The notes below the pieces were generated by a model that saw only the letters and a program-made list of their open reading frames with translations, was not told where the DNA came from and searched no databases. Positions 12,131 to 24,379 of a stretch of DNA of 64,000 nucleotides are shown here, in pieces. Position 1 is the stretch's first letter. The number at the start of each line of letters is the position of its first letter. The translations under genes were made by a program, and so were the position numbers. The stretch comes from Octopus vulgaris (lineage: Eukaryota), in the NCBI GenBank assembly GCA_951406725.2, contig OX597827.1:39680001-39744000 (forward strand), read 5' to 3'.

Positions 12131-13414
12131 ACATTTATTTTTCATACTAAGAGGGGTTGAGTGTGTTTGCAAATGTACAGATGTGCGCAGCATACACAAC
12201 TCATCCAGTTTCGAAGAACCTTTCAAAATGTGATTGATTCCTCTTTACTTCTGTCACTTCATCAATCCCAGTGTGTGTGTGTGTGTGGTTGAGTGTGTGA
12301 CAGGTTTCTCCTTAAATGTAGATAGTATGTTATATCTTGTAAACACACGCATACATATCCATACAGTACCAAATGATATAAAAAAAAAGAAAAAAAGGTT
12401 GAAGTAAAGAGAAGTAACTCATGCAGAAGAATTGGTGAGTTACTATAAATCAGAGACAGAAAAAAAAAAAGTAATGTTCTAAAATTAGAACATCTTATCT
12501 CACAGACTGATACAAATAATAAACAAATAAAGAAAAATGTTATTTCTTACATAAGTAAGACAAATTCCAATATATTATTTCAGCCAGGGATGAAAGAAAT
12601 CAGGAGGTTGCGGAGTTCATGCGTTTTCTATCTTTCTTTTCATCTCTTTACGAAACTTGTAAAGCTGCGTGTGTACCACAAGAAGACTGCTTAAAGAAAT
12701 CTGCCTGATTTGTTTCACAGAGTTTAGATGAAGGCAACAGTAGTTGTCTCCCTTCAACATTGCTGAGTAAGCATGATTTCTCTCGTTTGCCCAAGTACAC
12801 AAATTAGTAGTAGTAGTAGTAGTAGTACTATATTGAATACCCCCCCCTACCCACACACCTGCTCTTCTTTTAAACCCTTGTACATGACTGACATTTCATC
12901 TATTGCTATCCTGAAGGGATGAAAGATAAAGTCAACCCTTTCAAGATTTCGACATAAAATGTAAAGCGCCATGATTATATTCTGCAAGACAATTAATTTT
13001 ACACTTCTATCTACGCTACTACACTGCCCTTCAAAAGAGTAGAGGGCGAGGGCATAGGAAATTCACTTGACACCGGTCGACCCCAGTATTATTTGAACTT
13101 AGGATGTAGAGATTCATAACTAACACCCAAGACATTTAACTAGACATCCAACCAGTTCGTTTGTACCCCTTCGTTTCTATCTAACCATTTCTCACATTTG
13201 CACAAGACTATGACAAACAAGCCAACAAGGGAACCTGTACATGATCACTCAATCTACTAGAAATAGCAGTAAAATCTCTTCCAAATCTCATCCATTTTTA
13301 AGTGTGTGTGTATACGTAAAGATGGGATGACCACATCTAACGCATGACCCAAGATTTTAAGGAAGGATTGTCTAATCAACTCACTTCAGTTCATTACTAG
13401 TTCTTGTTTAATTA

Positions 13415-13632
13415 GTGGCAAGCTGACAGAATCATTGTCACACTGGGCAAAATTCTTAGCAGCATTTCTTCCAACTTAACATTCTGAATTCAAATGCCAC
13501 CAGAATCAACTTTGCCTTTCATTCATTTGGAGGTCGATAAAATAAGTCCCAGTTGAGTACTGGGGTTGATGTAATCAATTTATCCCTACCCCCAACATTG
13601 CTGACCCTTAGCAAAACCATTGAAACCAATAT
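13415..13632 (+). mobile_element. SINE family B
   Basis: gtggcaagctgacagaatcatt...ttctgaattcaaat...actttgcctttcat...gtcgataaaataagtcccag. Confidence 0.8.
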
Positions 13633-14311
13633 TTAATTGACCATGGCTGAGAAGCAAAGATAACCTATAGGTATTTGAAAGTAGAATACATACTCTATTT
13701 GATTGCATGCAAGTCATACTGGCATATTAGATGAATCCTAATTCGAGTAGTACATATTCAGGAAGAAAGAGTTTAGTGCATTAAAGCATGTAATATAAGG
13801 CCAACTTATATCAACTGAGCCCCTTCCCTGAAATTGCTGGCCTTGTGCCAAATCCTGAAACCAATACAGGCCCGACTCCACACATAGGACCTGGGGTGAT
13901 TTTTTTCAGACTTTTTTTGGGAAACAAAGTTCACCTTATATACCATCAAATATGGTAGTTTGCTATTTCCTAACACAGAACCACTTGGTAATCAATCATG
14001 TATAGTGATTGAAAATATACATGGTGTCAACCAGAACTGTGAAGCCTCCCATCTCTACTTTGGGTGGTAGAATGTTATAATAAATACAAGGCAACAACCA
14101 TTAGCAAACTAATGCACCTAATGAATCAAAGACCTCAGATTTACAATTGCCCTCCATACACGTAATATTCGTGAGAAAATCATTAATGTCACATAATACC
14201 ATTTTTCCAGATCTTTAATAAATTTGAAGCACAGAAACAGGAGTGGGATCATAGTTAATGTGCTGATTAGGTAAATATTTGCAAGTGTATAGAAGTTGAA
14301 GATTATTGTTA

Positions 14312-14527
14312 CAAGGGGCTGCTGAAAAGTACCTCTTTTGGGTAAAAGAAAATACAAGAGGGTCAGTTAATTATGATTTTATTCAACATATTCTTGTCTC
14401 AGATCCACACACTTATTGTAGCAGCCCTTCAGTTTTTCTAAGCCTTGTAAAAGAACTTGGAAGGTTGGGCTTCCAACCGGGCCTTTCATGATACCCTTAA
14501 AGCCAGGAACTTTTCAGTACCCCCTCA
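14312..14527. mobile_element. Mariner-type MITE (216 bp)
   Basis: TA|caaggggctgctgaaaagtacc ... ggaacttttcagtaccccctca|TA; ~30-bp imperfect TIRs with TA target duplication. A lone right TIR of the same family is at about 47471-47508. Confidence 0.85.
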
Positions 14528-15384
14528 TAGTTTATGTTGTACAGGTCTATGACACAGAGGTGGATGGTCAAAAAAAAAATTTGGCCAGTGTCCCTAGCTA
14601 TGTATTTGTCTTGTTTTTTTTATTGTAGAGTTTGAGGTTCTTAATTTACAGTTTGAAATATATTAGTTCCCTACCTCTGCACCTATTTTAAAGGCAATTT
14701 TAAGTTTATCGAAAAAAGTTTGTAAGTAACATTGAATTGGTGAAACAGCTATATAGTAGCTGCTTCTTTGGTTTTAATCTTCCCTATTCAAAAGACAAGA
14801 AATTTGATAAGCAAGATTTGGCTAATATATTGAATTAAACACCAGTGCGGACTCCCCATCACTGTTATATGTTGTTTCCATTTTTAGAACAGTAAGAATA
14901 GTGTTAAAAAGAGACTTAACTGCTATGATGAATATATTAAGAAACTATATTGAAGCTCTTGTGGGTGATTTGACTTCTACATTGAATATATTAAGAAACT
15001 ACGTAGTACTTACTGCACTCTCTTGTGTAGATATCACTTTTAAGAGAGTTTGTTGGCAGCTACATTAAGATCAAATGACAATACATAAGATCCCTTGCTA
15101 ACTAATGTGACCCCAAGGATATGCTTATTCAGGTTGTACTATTAATATAGACATACAATATTTTACATTTTCTACACTTCTCAGAAATACTGCGTCACAG
15201 TTATTTTAACATGGCATATTTTACAAAACTATTTTCAAACTTACTCTGTTGAAACATCCTGTACACTGTTTTAAATACCCATTACATTCCTCTTATAAAA
15301 TGAAGGACAAAATAAATGAGTGCATTCAAAGCATACTGCTAATCCATTTATATACTACTGTCTGGCACCTTGGATCATAGCCCT

Positions 15385-15850
15385 CATCATTGTTTAATGT
15401 CTGCTTTCCATGCTAGCATGGGTTGGACGATTTGACTGAGGACTGGCGAACCAGATGGCTGCACCAGGCTCCAGTCTGATCTGGCAGAGTTTCTACAGCT
15501 GGATGCCCTTAATGCCAACCACTCAGAGAGTGTAGTGGGTGCTTTTACGTGCTACCGGCACGAGGGCCAGTCAAGCGGTACTGGCAATGGCCATGCTCAA
15601 ATGGTGTTTTTTACATGCCACCTGCACAGGAGTCAGTCCAGCGGCACTGGCAACGACCTCACTTGAATGGTTTTTCATGTACCACCAGCACAAGTGCAAG
15701 TAAGGCGATGCTGGAAACGATCACGCTCAAATGGTGCTTTTTACATGCTACCGGCACAGAAGCCAGTTTGCTGTTCTGGCAATGATCACGCTTGGATGGT
15801 GCTCTTAGTGCTCCACTAGCATGGATGCCAGTCATCAAATTTGATTCTGA
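15385..15850 (-). mobile_element. RTE-type 3' end (family C) with ~65-bp internal tandem repeats, nested in a SINE A-headed element
   Basis: Family C tail, then about 5 units of ggtg(c/t)tttttacatgc.acc.gcac...ctggcaa.ga.cacgctc.aat; SINE A sequence on both sides (15360-15383; from about 15870). Confidence 0.8.
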
Positions 15851-15869
15851 GCAAATTCTTGCGAATGCT

Positions 15870-16290
15870 TCTGGTAGACAGAAACTGAAAGAAAGCCCAT
15901 GTGTACGTATACATACATGCACACACACATACATACTCACATATATATATACACACAGACATACATACACATACATACATGTGTGCGTGTGTGTGTGAGG
16001 GGGTTACACATACACACAGACATATTATACACACACATACATACATGTGTGTGTGTGTGTTACTGTTTCCTTGCTTTGCATGATAATTCTAAACAAGTGT
16101 CATTGTCAGGCAAGTAATCTTCTTCATTTCCAGTCTTCAATAAAAACGTGTCTTGTCATGGGGAAATATTACCTTATTTGCAATCAGGTGAGGGTTTGCA
16201 ATAGGAAGGGCATCTGGCCATAGAAAATTGATAAATCTGCCTTAATATGTGACCATATAAAAGTGAACGTAAAAAAGAACAAAAAAAAAA
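15870..16290 (+). mobile_element. Chimeric SINE: family A head region + microsatellite + RTE-like tail
   Basis: ggtagacagaaactgaaagaaagccc, (CA/TG)n, then catggggaaatattacctt...aggaagggcatctggccatagaaaa; similar arrangement at about 34490-34790. Confidence 0.65.
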
Positions 16291-16774
16291 AAAGAATTAT
16301 GATGATTGCTGAATACTCTGTCTTCGATTTCGCTTCTTCCATATTTCAAAAAATGTGACAACAACATTTTCAGTGAAAGGGGTCAACTGTCTCAATGAAA
16401 GAAAAATATAAGAACTTGGGAATTGAAACTGCACTGCATAGACAGGCTCTCTTGGATTTTAATATTATTATATATTATAGCTACTATAAACTTACTAAAT
16501 ATTCTTTTCTATTCTAGACACAAGGCCCAACATTTTTGGGGAAGGGGTCAGTCAATTAGATTAACCCCAGTACACAACTGGTATTTAATTTATGAACCCT
16601 GAAAGGATGAAAGGCAAAGCTGACCTTAAAACTTACTTTATATTACAATGTAAATAGATTTCATAAAACACTAAGTTTACTTTATCATAATGTTTGATCT
16701 TCTTCTGTTTCAGAAACTTGTATCTTGATGAAATGTGTGTCAATAATACAATAATATACCATGCAAGACAGCAA

Positions 16775-16992
16775 ATAAAGACACTATATAGTCACACAAA
16801 CTTCTAGAAATAGCAGCCTATTTTCCCTTTAATTACAATGTGTCTGTCTTTTAAAACTAAGGACACACTGGAATAATGAACTTCCTGACATAAAAAAAAA
16901 AGACAAGATGATCAGGAATGGAATGTTCTTGATCATAGGTATAATCGAGCAGAGCCACCTGGGAGCCAAACAGCAACAACAACAACAACAAC
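16775..16992 (+). mobile_element. Family E short retroposon with (CAA)n tail
   Basis: ctagaaatagcagcc...gatcataggt...cctgggagccaaacagcaacaacaac; related copies at about 1670-2125 (split), 13215-13340, 19670-19960 (-), 23040-23195, 23485-23660 (-), 30970-31125, 37690-37890, 38255-38815 (split) and 50015-50180. Confidence 0.7.
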
Positions 16993-17914
16993 TGTGCAAG
17001 AAGTGATAATTCTATCAACAAGAATTTTAAAAAAACACCTTAAGTTACCAATAATCCACAGCTCTGCCTTGTCACTAATTCAATCCTATCAAAATAAACC
17101 AGTAACAAAAAAAAACCCTCAAAAAAACAATTATATTATTCAAGACTCTGCCAAGATGTTTTTGTGCATTCTCATATAACAGCAATCTGATTTTGGAACA
17201 AACAACCCTTTGGGTGTTTTTTTAAGGAATCCCCTATAGTATACATATTCTGAAGTTGCACTAACTCTGCTGAGTTATTCTCACTGAAAAAATATCTCCA
17301 CAATCTTAACTACTGTGTTATGTTTACTTTCATATTTTTCAAAACATGTATTTTTCTCACTTTCATTTGCTTTTCGTTTTTTTTTCCTTCATATTGCTAT
17401 GGATGTTATCAAGACAATGATGATGATTATATTCATTATCATCATCGTCGTCATCAATAATAACAATAATGATAATCTTTGATTTAGGCACAATGCCAGG
17501 AATTTTTAGGGAGTGAGCGTTAATCGACACCATCAACACCGGTACTTGAATGATGCTTTATTTTACTGACCCTGAAAGGATGAAAGGTAAAGTCAACCTT
17601 ACTGTAATTTGATCTCAAAGTACTGCTGTGCATGTTTTCCATTAAAATTCTTTGCTAACCTTAAACATCCTTGTTAAATCTGAACATCCATGTTAACCCA
17701 ATACGACCTTGTTAACCCTAAATACTCACATGCATATCTTTCAGGGAACCTTCTTGTTCACCTTGAACATTTACATTAACCTCAAACAATCCTTATTAAC
17801 CTTCAATAATAAGATGTACTAAATTCTTGTTAATTGACTCGAACCCCCTCCTCAAAAGTACTGGCCTTGTGCCATAATTAGTAAGAAGTACTATTATGAT
17901 TATGATGATGATTC

Positions 17915-18305
17915 TTTTATTCGTTTACTCATCTTTACTTGTTCCAGTCATTAGACTGCGGCCATGCTGGGGCAACAACTTGAAAAATTTTAGTTGACTG
18001 AATCAATCCAAGTGCTTATTTTTAAGCCTTGTACTATTTTAGTTTTGCCAAACTACTAAATTAAGGGAACATAAACCCCAACACCAGTTGTCAAGCAGTT
18101 ATGAGGGACAAACCTAGACACACACACACACACAAAGACAGACATATACAATGGGCTTCTTTCAGTTTCCATCTATCAACTCCACTCACAAGGTTTTGAT
18201 CAACCGAAGACTATAGTACAAGACACTTGCCCAAGATGCCACACACTAAGACTGAACCCAGAACTACATGGATAGGAAGCAAACTTCTTACCACCAAGCC
18301 ACACC
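17915..18305 (-). mobile_element. SINE family A, near full length
   Basis: tttacttgttccagtcattagactgcggccatgctgggg...gggcttctttcagtttcc...agacacttgcccaag...cttcttaccac. Confidence 0.85.
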
Positions 18306-18866
18306 TGATGATTTTATTTTTTATTTGCATCAGGATGAAGGGGTTTATAACTTTGCACATTCTATGAAGTATAACATGACTGGTGGTTATTTTATTTACT
18401 CTGGCAGAGGAAAAGTCAAGTCATTCATATACAGAGACAAAGAGAGACAATGAAATATTGTAAAACATTTAATCTGGTGGGTTACTGTTTCTACCACTCT
18501 ATGAAATAATATCTGACCCAACAAAACTAGGGTGGAATCTCTGACCTGTAGAGGGGAGCACATTATATAGCTTGTTGACTGACCATATCAACCAAATCTT
18601 TCTTAGTTCACATTCATCATCATTGTGTTAACATCCACTTTTCCATGCTTTCATGCTTTGGATGAAGTTTAGTGAGGCAAATTTTCTTACTGTTGCCAAA
18701 TCTTACTTGTTTCTCAACAAGGTAATATTTCCACATGGACAGACATGTTTTCACAAATTATTGGAAATGAATAACATTCATTTACTACATTACATGATAT
18801 CAAGACTAGGAGACAAACGCATATACACACACACACATATTCACTCACTCTCACTCACACATACAC

Positions 18867-19208
18867 CATCATCATCATCGTCATCATCATTTGGCATCCA
18901 TTTTCCATGCTGGTATAGGTTAGACAGTTTGATTGGAACTGGTAAGCTGGAGCGCTGCACCAGGCTTTAGTCTGTTTTGGTTTAGTTTCAACAGCTGTCG
19001 ATGTGTGTGTGTGTGTGCTAGTGGAACATAAAAAGCACCCACTAAACTCTCAGAGTGGTTGGCGTTAGGGAGGGCATCAAGCTGTAGAAACAGCGACAAA
19101 TCAGATTGAAACCTGGTGCAGCTCCCCAGTTTACCAGTTTTCAGTCAAACTGTCCAACCCATGCCAGCATGGAAAAAAGACATTAAATGATGATGATGAT
19201 GATGATGA
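18867..19208. mobile_element. Two family C (RTE) tails in inverted orientation
   Basis: 18867-18998 on - ((CAT)n first) and 19015-19208 on + ((GAT)n last). Confidence 0.85.
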
Positions 19209-19212
19209 TATC

Positions 19213-19246
<34 letters not shown>

Positions 19247-20208
19247 CACCAATGGGCTTCTTTCACTTTTCCTCAACCAACTTTAGTAAAAAAAAAATCA
19301 CCTGCCCTAGGTGCCACATAGTAAGACTGAACTCAGAATGTTAGACCATTTAAAAAAAGAGGAAGGATATTGAATAATATGATCCTATATACACTATGTC
19401 TGGGGAACCAAATAAGAAACTGGAAAATCACAGCTGGAATGATTTTCCATATTAGTCTCCCGATCAGGGGTAATCTAGGGGTTAAACAATAACAACAATT
19501 ACAACTGGGCCCAAAGCACATTTGGCATAACACTTCTTCCATAAATTGAGCAGATGAAGAATATTAACACAAGAGAACACAGGATGTATCTGAATATCTG
19601 AGACAGATGGAATCCATTTGAATACTGCAGTAGAAAAAACAACTTGGAAAGCAATGATGATGATGATTAAGACAGTGTTTGTTATATGTTATTTAGCCTA
19701 AGGTCTGCTCTGATCAAATAGTCAAGCCATAACCATCTTATACTTTTAGGGGCCTATGTAAGACTACATTACCCAATGTGCACTTTCTTTATTTAAGATG
19801 GTATGGTATTATTTGAATGAAATTACGGTAATAAGTCCTGGGGTCGATTTGCTCGACTAAAGGCAGTGCTCCAGCATGGCCACAGTCAAATGACTGAAAA
19901 GAGTAAAAGAGTAAAGGAGTATACTATTCCTAGCAGACTAAATGAGCAAGAAGAGGTTCCCTTGCAAGCTCAATTATGATTAATGATAATGGTGCTGATA
20001 ATGATAATGTTGATAATGATGATGGTGATGAGTTTGATGATGAGGATTATAGTGACTGCAGATGATGATGATGATCATGATCATCATGGCAATGTTGGAA
20101 AAGCCTTTGTTTTTCTTTTTTTTTTCTAAAATTTTAATTACCATCTGATGATATTCTAAGTATATGAGGTTGTTAATGTCAGAAACCATATTTAACAAAT
20201 GTTGGTCA

Positions 20209-20251
<43 letters not shown>

Positions 20252-20462
20252 AAACACAAGGATGTGTAATAAGTAAGCACCCGCTCACTCCATTCTAACA
20301 CACAAACACCCCATTTTAACAAAGAGATTTGTAGCTTGGTTCTTTTCAATGAGTTTTATTATTACATTTTGAATTCGTATTGTATTTTACAATTGCATAT
20401 GGCTTAGAGAGAGAAAGAGAGAGAGAGAGAGAGTGTGTGTGTATGTGTGTATATATGTATAC

Positions 20463-20515
<53 letters not shown>

Positions 20516-20942
20516 AGGTCAGATTTTATAAATGCAGATTTGCTTTGAATAAGTAGAATGCCGTTCAACCATAAAAAAGTGTTTGTCGCATTCCCGAACA
20601 CAATGGTTTCTAGGCAGTGCACCACAAAAACAATAAAAACCACATATATTTTAAAATGGGAAAAACAAATTGAAATTCTTACATATTGAAGTTTTGATAA
20701 TTATAACAATTATGATTCATTTATTGAATAATTAATTAATTAAGTACTTAATTTTCTTTTATTTATATCATTTATTTTTTTATAAATACTCTGGCGCTTA
20801 GAATGAATGTATCATTTCCTTGTGTGATGTAAGAGGGTGACTAAAAGTTTTGGCATCAGAAAGGGCCTTCAAAATGTCCAGCTCAACCAATGCCAGCATG
20901 GAAAAGTCTGTATGGAAACAAAATAATGAACCAAACATATCG

Positions 20943-21349
20943 CTTTTACTTGTTTTCAGTCATTTGACTGTGGCCATGCTGGAGCACCACCTTTAATCGA
21001 GCAACTCGACCCCAGGACTTATTCTTTATAAGCCCAGTACTTATTCTATCGGTCTCTTTTTGCCGAACTGCTATGTGACGGGGACATAAACACACCAGCA
21101 TCGGTTGTCAAGCGATGTTGGATGGGACAAACACAGACACAAACACACATGCACATACACACACACACACACACATACATATATATATATACATATATAC
21201 GACGGGCTTCTTTCAGTTTCCGTCTACCAAATCCACTCACAAGGCTTTGGTCGGCCCGAGGCTATAGTAGAAGACACTTGCCCAAGGTGCCACGCAGTGG
21301 GACTGAACCCGGAACCATGTGGTTGGTAAACAAGCTACTTACCACACAG
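20943..21349 (-). mobile_element. SINE family A, young copy
   Basis: CpG-retaining: gacgggcttctttcagtttccgtctaccaaatccactcacaaggctttggtcggcccgagg...gggactgaacccggaacc. Confidence 0.92.
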
Positions 21350-21600
21350 ACCAGATGTTGTTATACATCACTGGTCATAATGTGCTTCACATTGTTTTAG
21401 CCTTTGATTCATTCCACCTCACTGGGTAGGCTAGCAGACCAACATTCCTCCTGATTGGAAAACTATTCCATTGCAGCTGTGTGGACTGAAATGAAGTGTT
21501 TTGCTCAAGAACACAATGCACCACTCAGTCTGGGAATCGAACCCACAATCTAGCAATCATGAGTGTAACATTCTAACCCCTAGGCCATGTGCCTTCACAA
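21350..21600 (-). mobile_element. SINE family D (tRNA-like head)
   Basis: Reverse complement reads gaaggcacatggcctaggggttagaatg...gggttcgattccc...tgtgttcttgagcaaaacacttcatttc; other copies at 25637-25955, 27415-27590 (+) and 39545-39760 (-). Confidence 0.8.
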
Positions 21601-21922
21601 AATATATAAATACCCTACCAGAATTCATTTTTTGACTTCATGTACAATGTGTATTGAAATATTCTTATTTGATTTAAAACGCATCATCATTGAAACTGTT
21701 TAGGAACCATTGGTCTAAACAGTTCATCTCATTAGTACAGATACACATAATTATGCAGACACATAGATATTCAATACATTTATCATTTTTTTTTTCTTTT
21801 CTCAATATTTTGCTATTTTTACACTGAAAAGACTGAGTAATGGGTATAAGAAAAGTGTAGGGTGTAAGTTTCTCACCAAATGGAAGAATAAAATTCATTT
21901 GACCATACCTGAAATGAAAGGC

Positions 21923-21956
<34 letters not shown>

Positions 21957-21984
21957 TAATAATAATAACAATAATAACAATAAC

Positions 21985-22320
21985 AAGATCAAAGAGAAAG
22001 AAGAAGAAAAACTGAACAATTACAACAATTTGAAGTGGAAAATATGAATGTTGAGGTCAATGAGGAGAATAGACATGATACCAATAGTAACTGGCACATT
22101 TGGAAGTATCAGCACACAACTACCAACATGGCTCAAAAAGATTGGTACAAATGTAAGGATAGAACACCTATGAAAATCAGCATTGCTCCGAACTGCAAGA
22201 ATTCTTCACAGGGTACTTAAATCATCACCAGTAAACAAGTGTCACCTTAGTCTGCTAACTGTGAACAGCTGACACTTTCCATCATACCCAGCAAAATAAG
22301 CTGAGAGTTTTCATCAAATA
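21985..22320 (+). mobile_element. R4/Dong-like 3' fragment next to (AAT)n
   Basis: KIKEKEEEKLNNYNNLKW...DMIPIVTGTFGSISTQLPTWLKKIG...KSALLRTARILHRVL, frameshifted; preceded by (AAT/AAC)n 21925-21985, followed by (TAC)n(TAA)n. Confidence 0.8.
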
Positions 22321-23239
22321 CTACTACTACTACTACTACTTCTACTACTATTACTACTACTACTACTACTTATAATAATAATAATAATAATAATAATCAG
22401 TTTTATTAGATTTATTACAGAAATGGCAACATCCCTGTAGGCAAGCATGTAACATATGAACCATACCTGTCTTCTTGCCTGTTTCAGAATTAAATAATTG
22501 GTCCATCCATGCCTTGATATGCTCAATCCTTATTGAGAGAGTGCACATCCTGCCACACATCAGCCAGGGCTCTCACCAATTCCACATTCAAGGGAAGATG
22601 GAAATTTTGTTGTATCTTGGAAGAGTCGTAAGGCCAATAATAATGACACATGCACAGGTTCAATTCCACTTCTTCATTGCTAGTCAGTTGGTTAAATATT
22701 TAACCAACTAATTAATCAATCCTTTGTTTAAGTTCTTTCATTGCTTGTGTGTAGGTTATTATTATTGGTATTATTGGTGTAATTTATCTCCTAGGATACA
22801 ACAAAATTTGTTTCAACACAAATTCACATCAAGAATCTTCCAAACCAAATACAAAAATGAAGCATATAGAAACTCCACTCTTTTTTTGAAAAGCAAATAA
22901 ATGCCATTTTCCTCTTGCCCTTTCTTAGGTAAATTCCTCAGGCAAAGAAGCACTCCTTTCTGTGACATGATACTGCCACATTTTTTTTCTTTTTAACTAG
23001 AGCTGATTCATGTCTATCACCTTTTTTGAGCTTGCAGAGTAATATATCAGCCAGAAATAGCAGCTGGATCTAAATTCAAATCAATGCTATCATTTTTCAA
23101 GGGGGAAAAAAAACTGCATTGTATGTTACAGTCTGAAAAAGAATGGAATGATCATAACTAAAATGAGAACTGATATGGGGCCATAACAACAACAATGGAA
23201 AACTCATCAGCTTTATAATATAGTCACTTGCAACAGAAG

Positions 23240-23475
23240 TGAGTTGTTTCTGTTATATGGTACTTATTTACTGCTCCTGGCTAATTGTCTGGTACCCTGT
23301 TTATGGGAACAATGGTAAGTTCAGCTATGTGATGCCTATTTACTGCACTAAACTGATTGTCTGGTACCCTGTTTCAACCATATGGCTTCTATACACACTG
23401 CTCTCAGCTGGTTGTTTGGTACCCTATTTCTGGCATGTGGTTTCTATTTACACTGCTCTCAGCTGGTTATTTTGA
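23240..23475. repeat. Degenerate ~53-bp tandem repeat
   Basis: Recurring ttgt(c/t)tggtaccct(g/a)ttt and acactgctctcagctggtt. Confidence 0.7.
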
Positions 23476-23809
23476 TGTTGTCATTGTTGATATTGTTGTT
23501 TAGCATCAGGTCAGTTCTGACTGAGCAGATTTATGATTAAAGGCATTCCAGCCAGGACCATGCCACCTTTTTTTTTTATATATGCAGTAAGAATAAGGTG
23601 TGAACCAAGGAAAAATTAGTTGCTAATTTTAGAGGGGGGAGTGTCCATGCAAAGGATTTCAGGTGGTGGTGATAATGGTGAAGGTGACAATGGCATTGGT
23701 GAGCATACATCTTCCCCCTCTCCACCACCTTAATCCTAATGACAGTAATGGACCAGTGTTAATAATAAAGCTGATGGTAATGGTGATAATGATGATATCA
23801 GTGTTGATG

Positions 23810-24160
23810 TTATGGCAGCAGCAGCAGCAGTAGCAGTAGTAGTAGTTGGAGGAGGAGGAGAAGGAGGTAGTGGTAGAGGGGCAGTAGCAGTGGTAGTAGT
23901 TGTAGTAGTAGTAGGAGGAGAAGGAGGAGGAGGAAGTGGAGGGGCAGTGGTAGTAGTAGTAGGTGGAGGAGGAGGCAGTGGAGGGGCAGTAGCAGCGGTG
24001 GTAGTAGTAGTAGGAGGAGGAGGAGGTAGTGATGGAGGGGCAGTAGCAGTGGTAGTAGTAGTAGTAGGAGGAGGAGGAGGTAGTGGTGGAGGGGAAGTAG
24101 CAGTTGTGATGGTAGTAGTAGTAGTAGTAGGAGAAGGAAAGGGTTGTAGTGGTGGGGGGG
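23810..24160. repeat. Higher-order (GGA)(GCA)(GTA) repeat, about 6 units of 50-60 bp
   Basis: Unit ggaggggcagtagcagtggtagtagtagtaggaggaggaggaggtagt; source of the poly-G/V/S/Y/L ORFs. Confidence 0.85.
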
Positions 24161-24379
24161 GGCGATATCACAAAACAACAACAATCTCCTCCTTCCACAT
24201 GGACTATTTGTGTACACAAACATTACAATTGAGTAACATTCCACAACCACAACCATAAACGCCACTGCCATTGCCAATATTGCAACAGCCATCACTATTC
24301 CAGCTACCACCACAGCAACGGTATGGCAAAACACCACCTTTACTATCCCTACCAGCATCATAACAAACAGAACTGGACA

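Noticed and set aside
21105-21329. Recurrent peptide DGLLSVSVYQIHSQGFGRPEAIVEDTCPRCH.VG..PEPCGW in several ORFs, suggesting a gene family
   Set aside because: It is the antisense translation of the SINE A head, also seen at 30579, 44364, 54534 and 56505.
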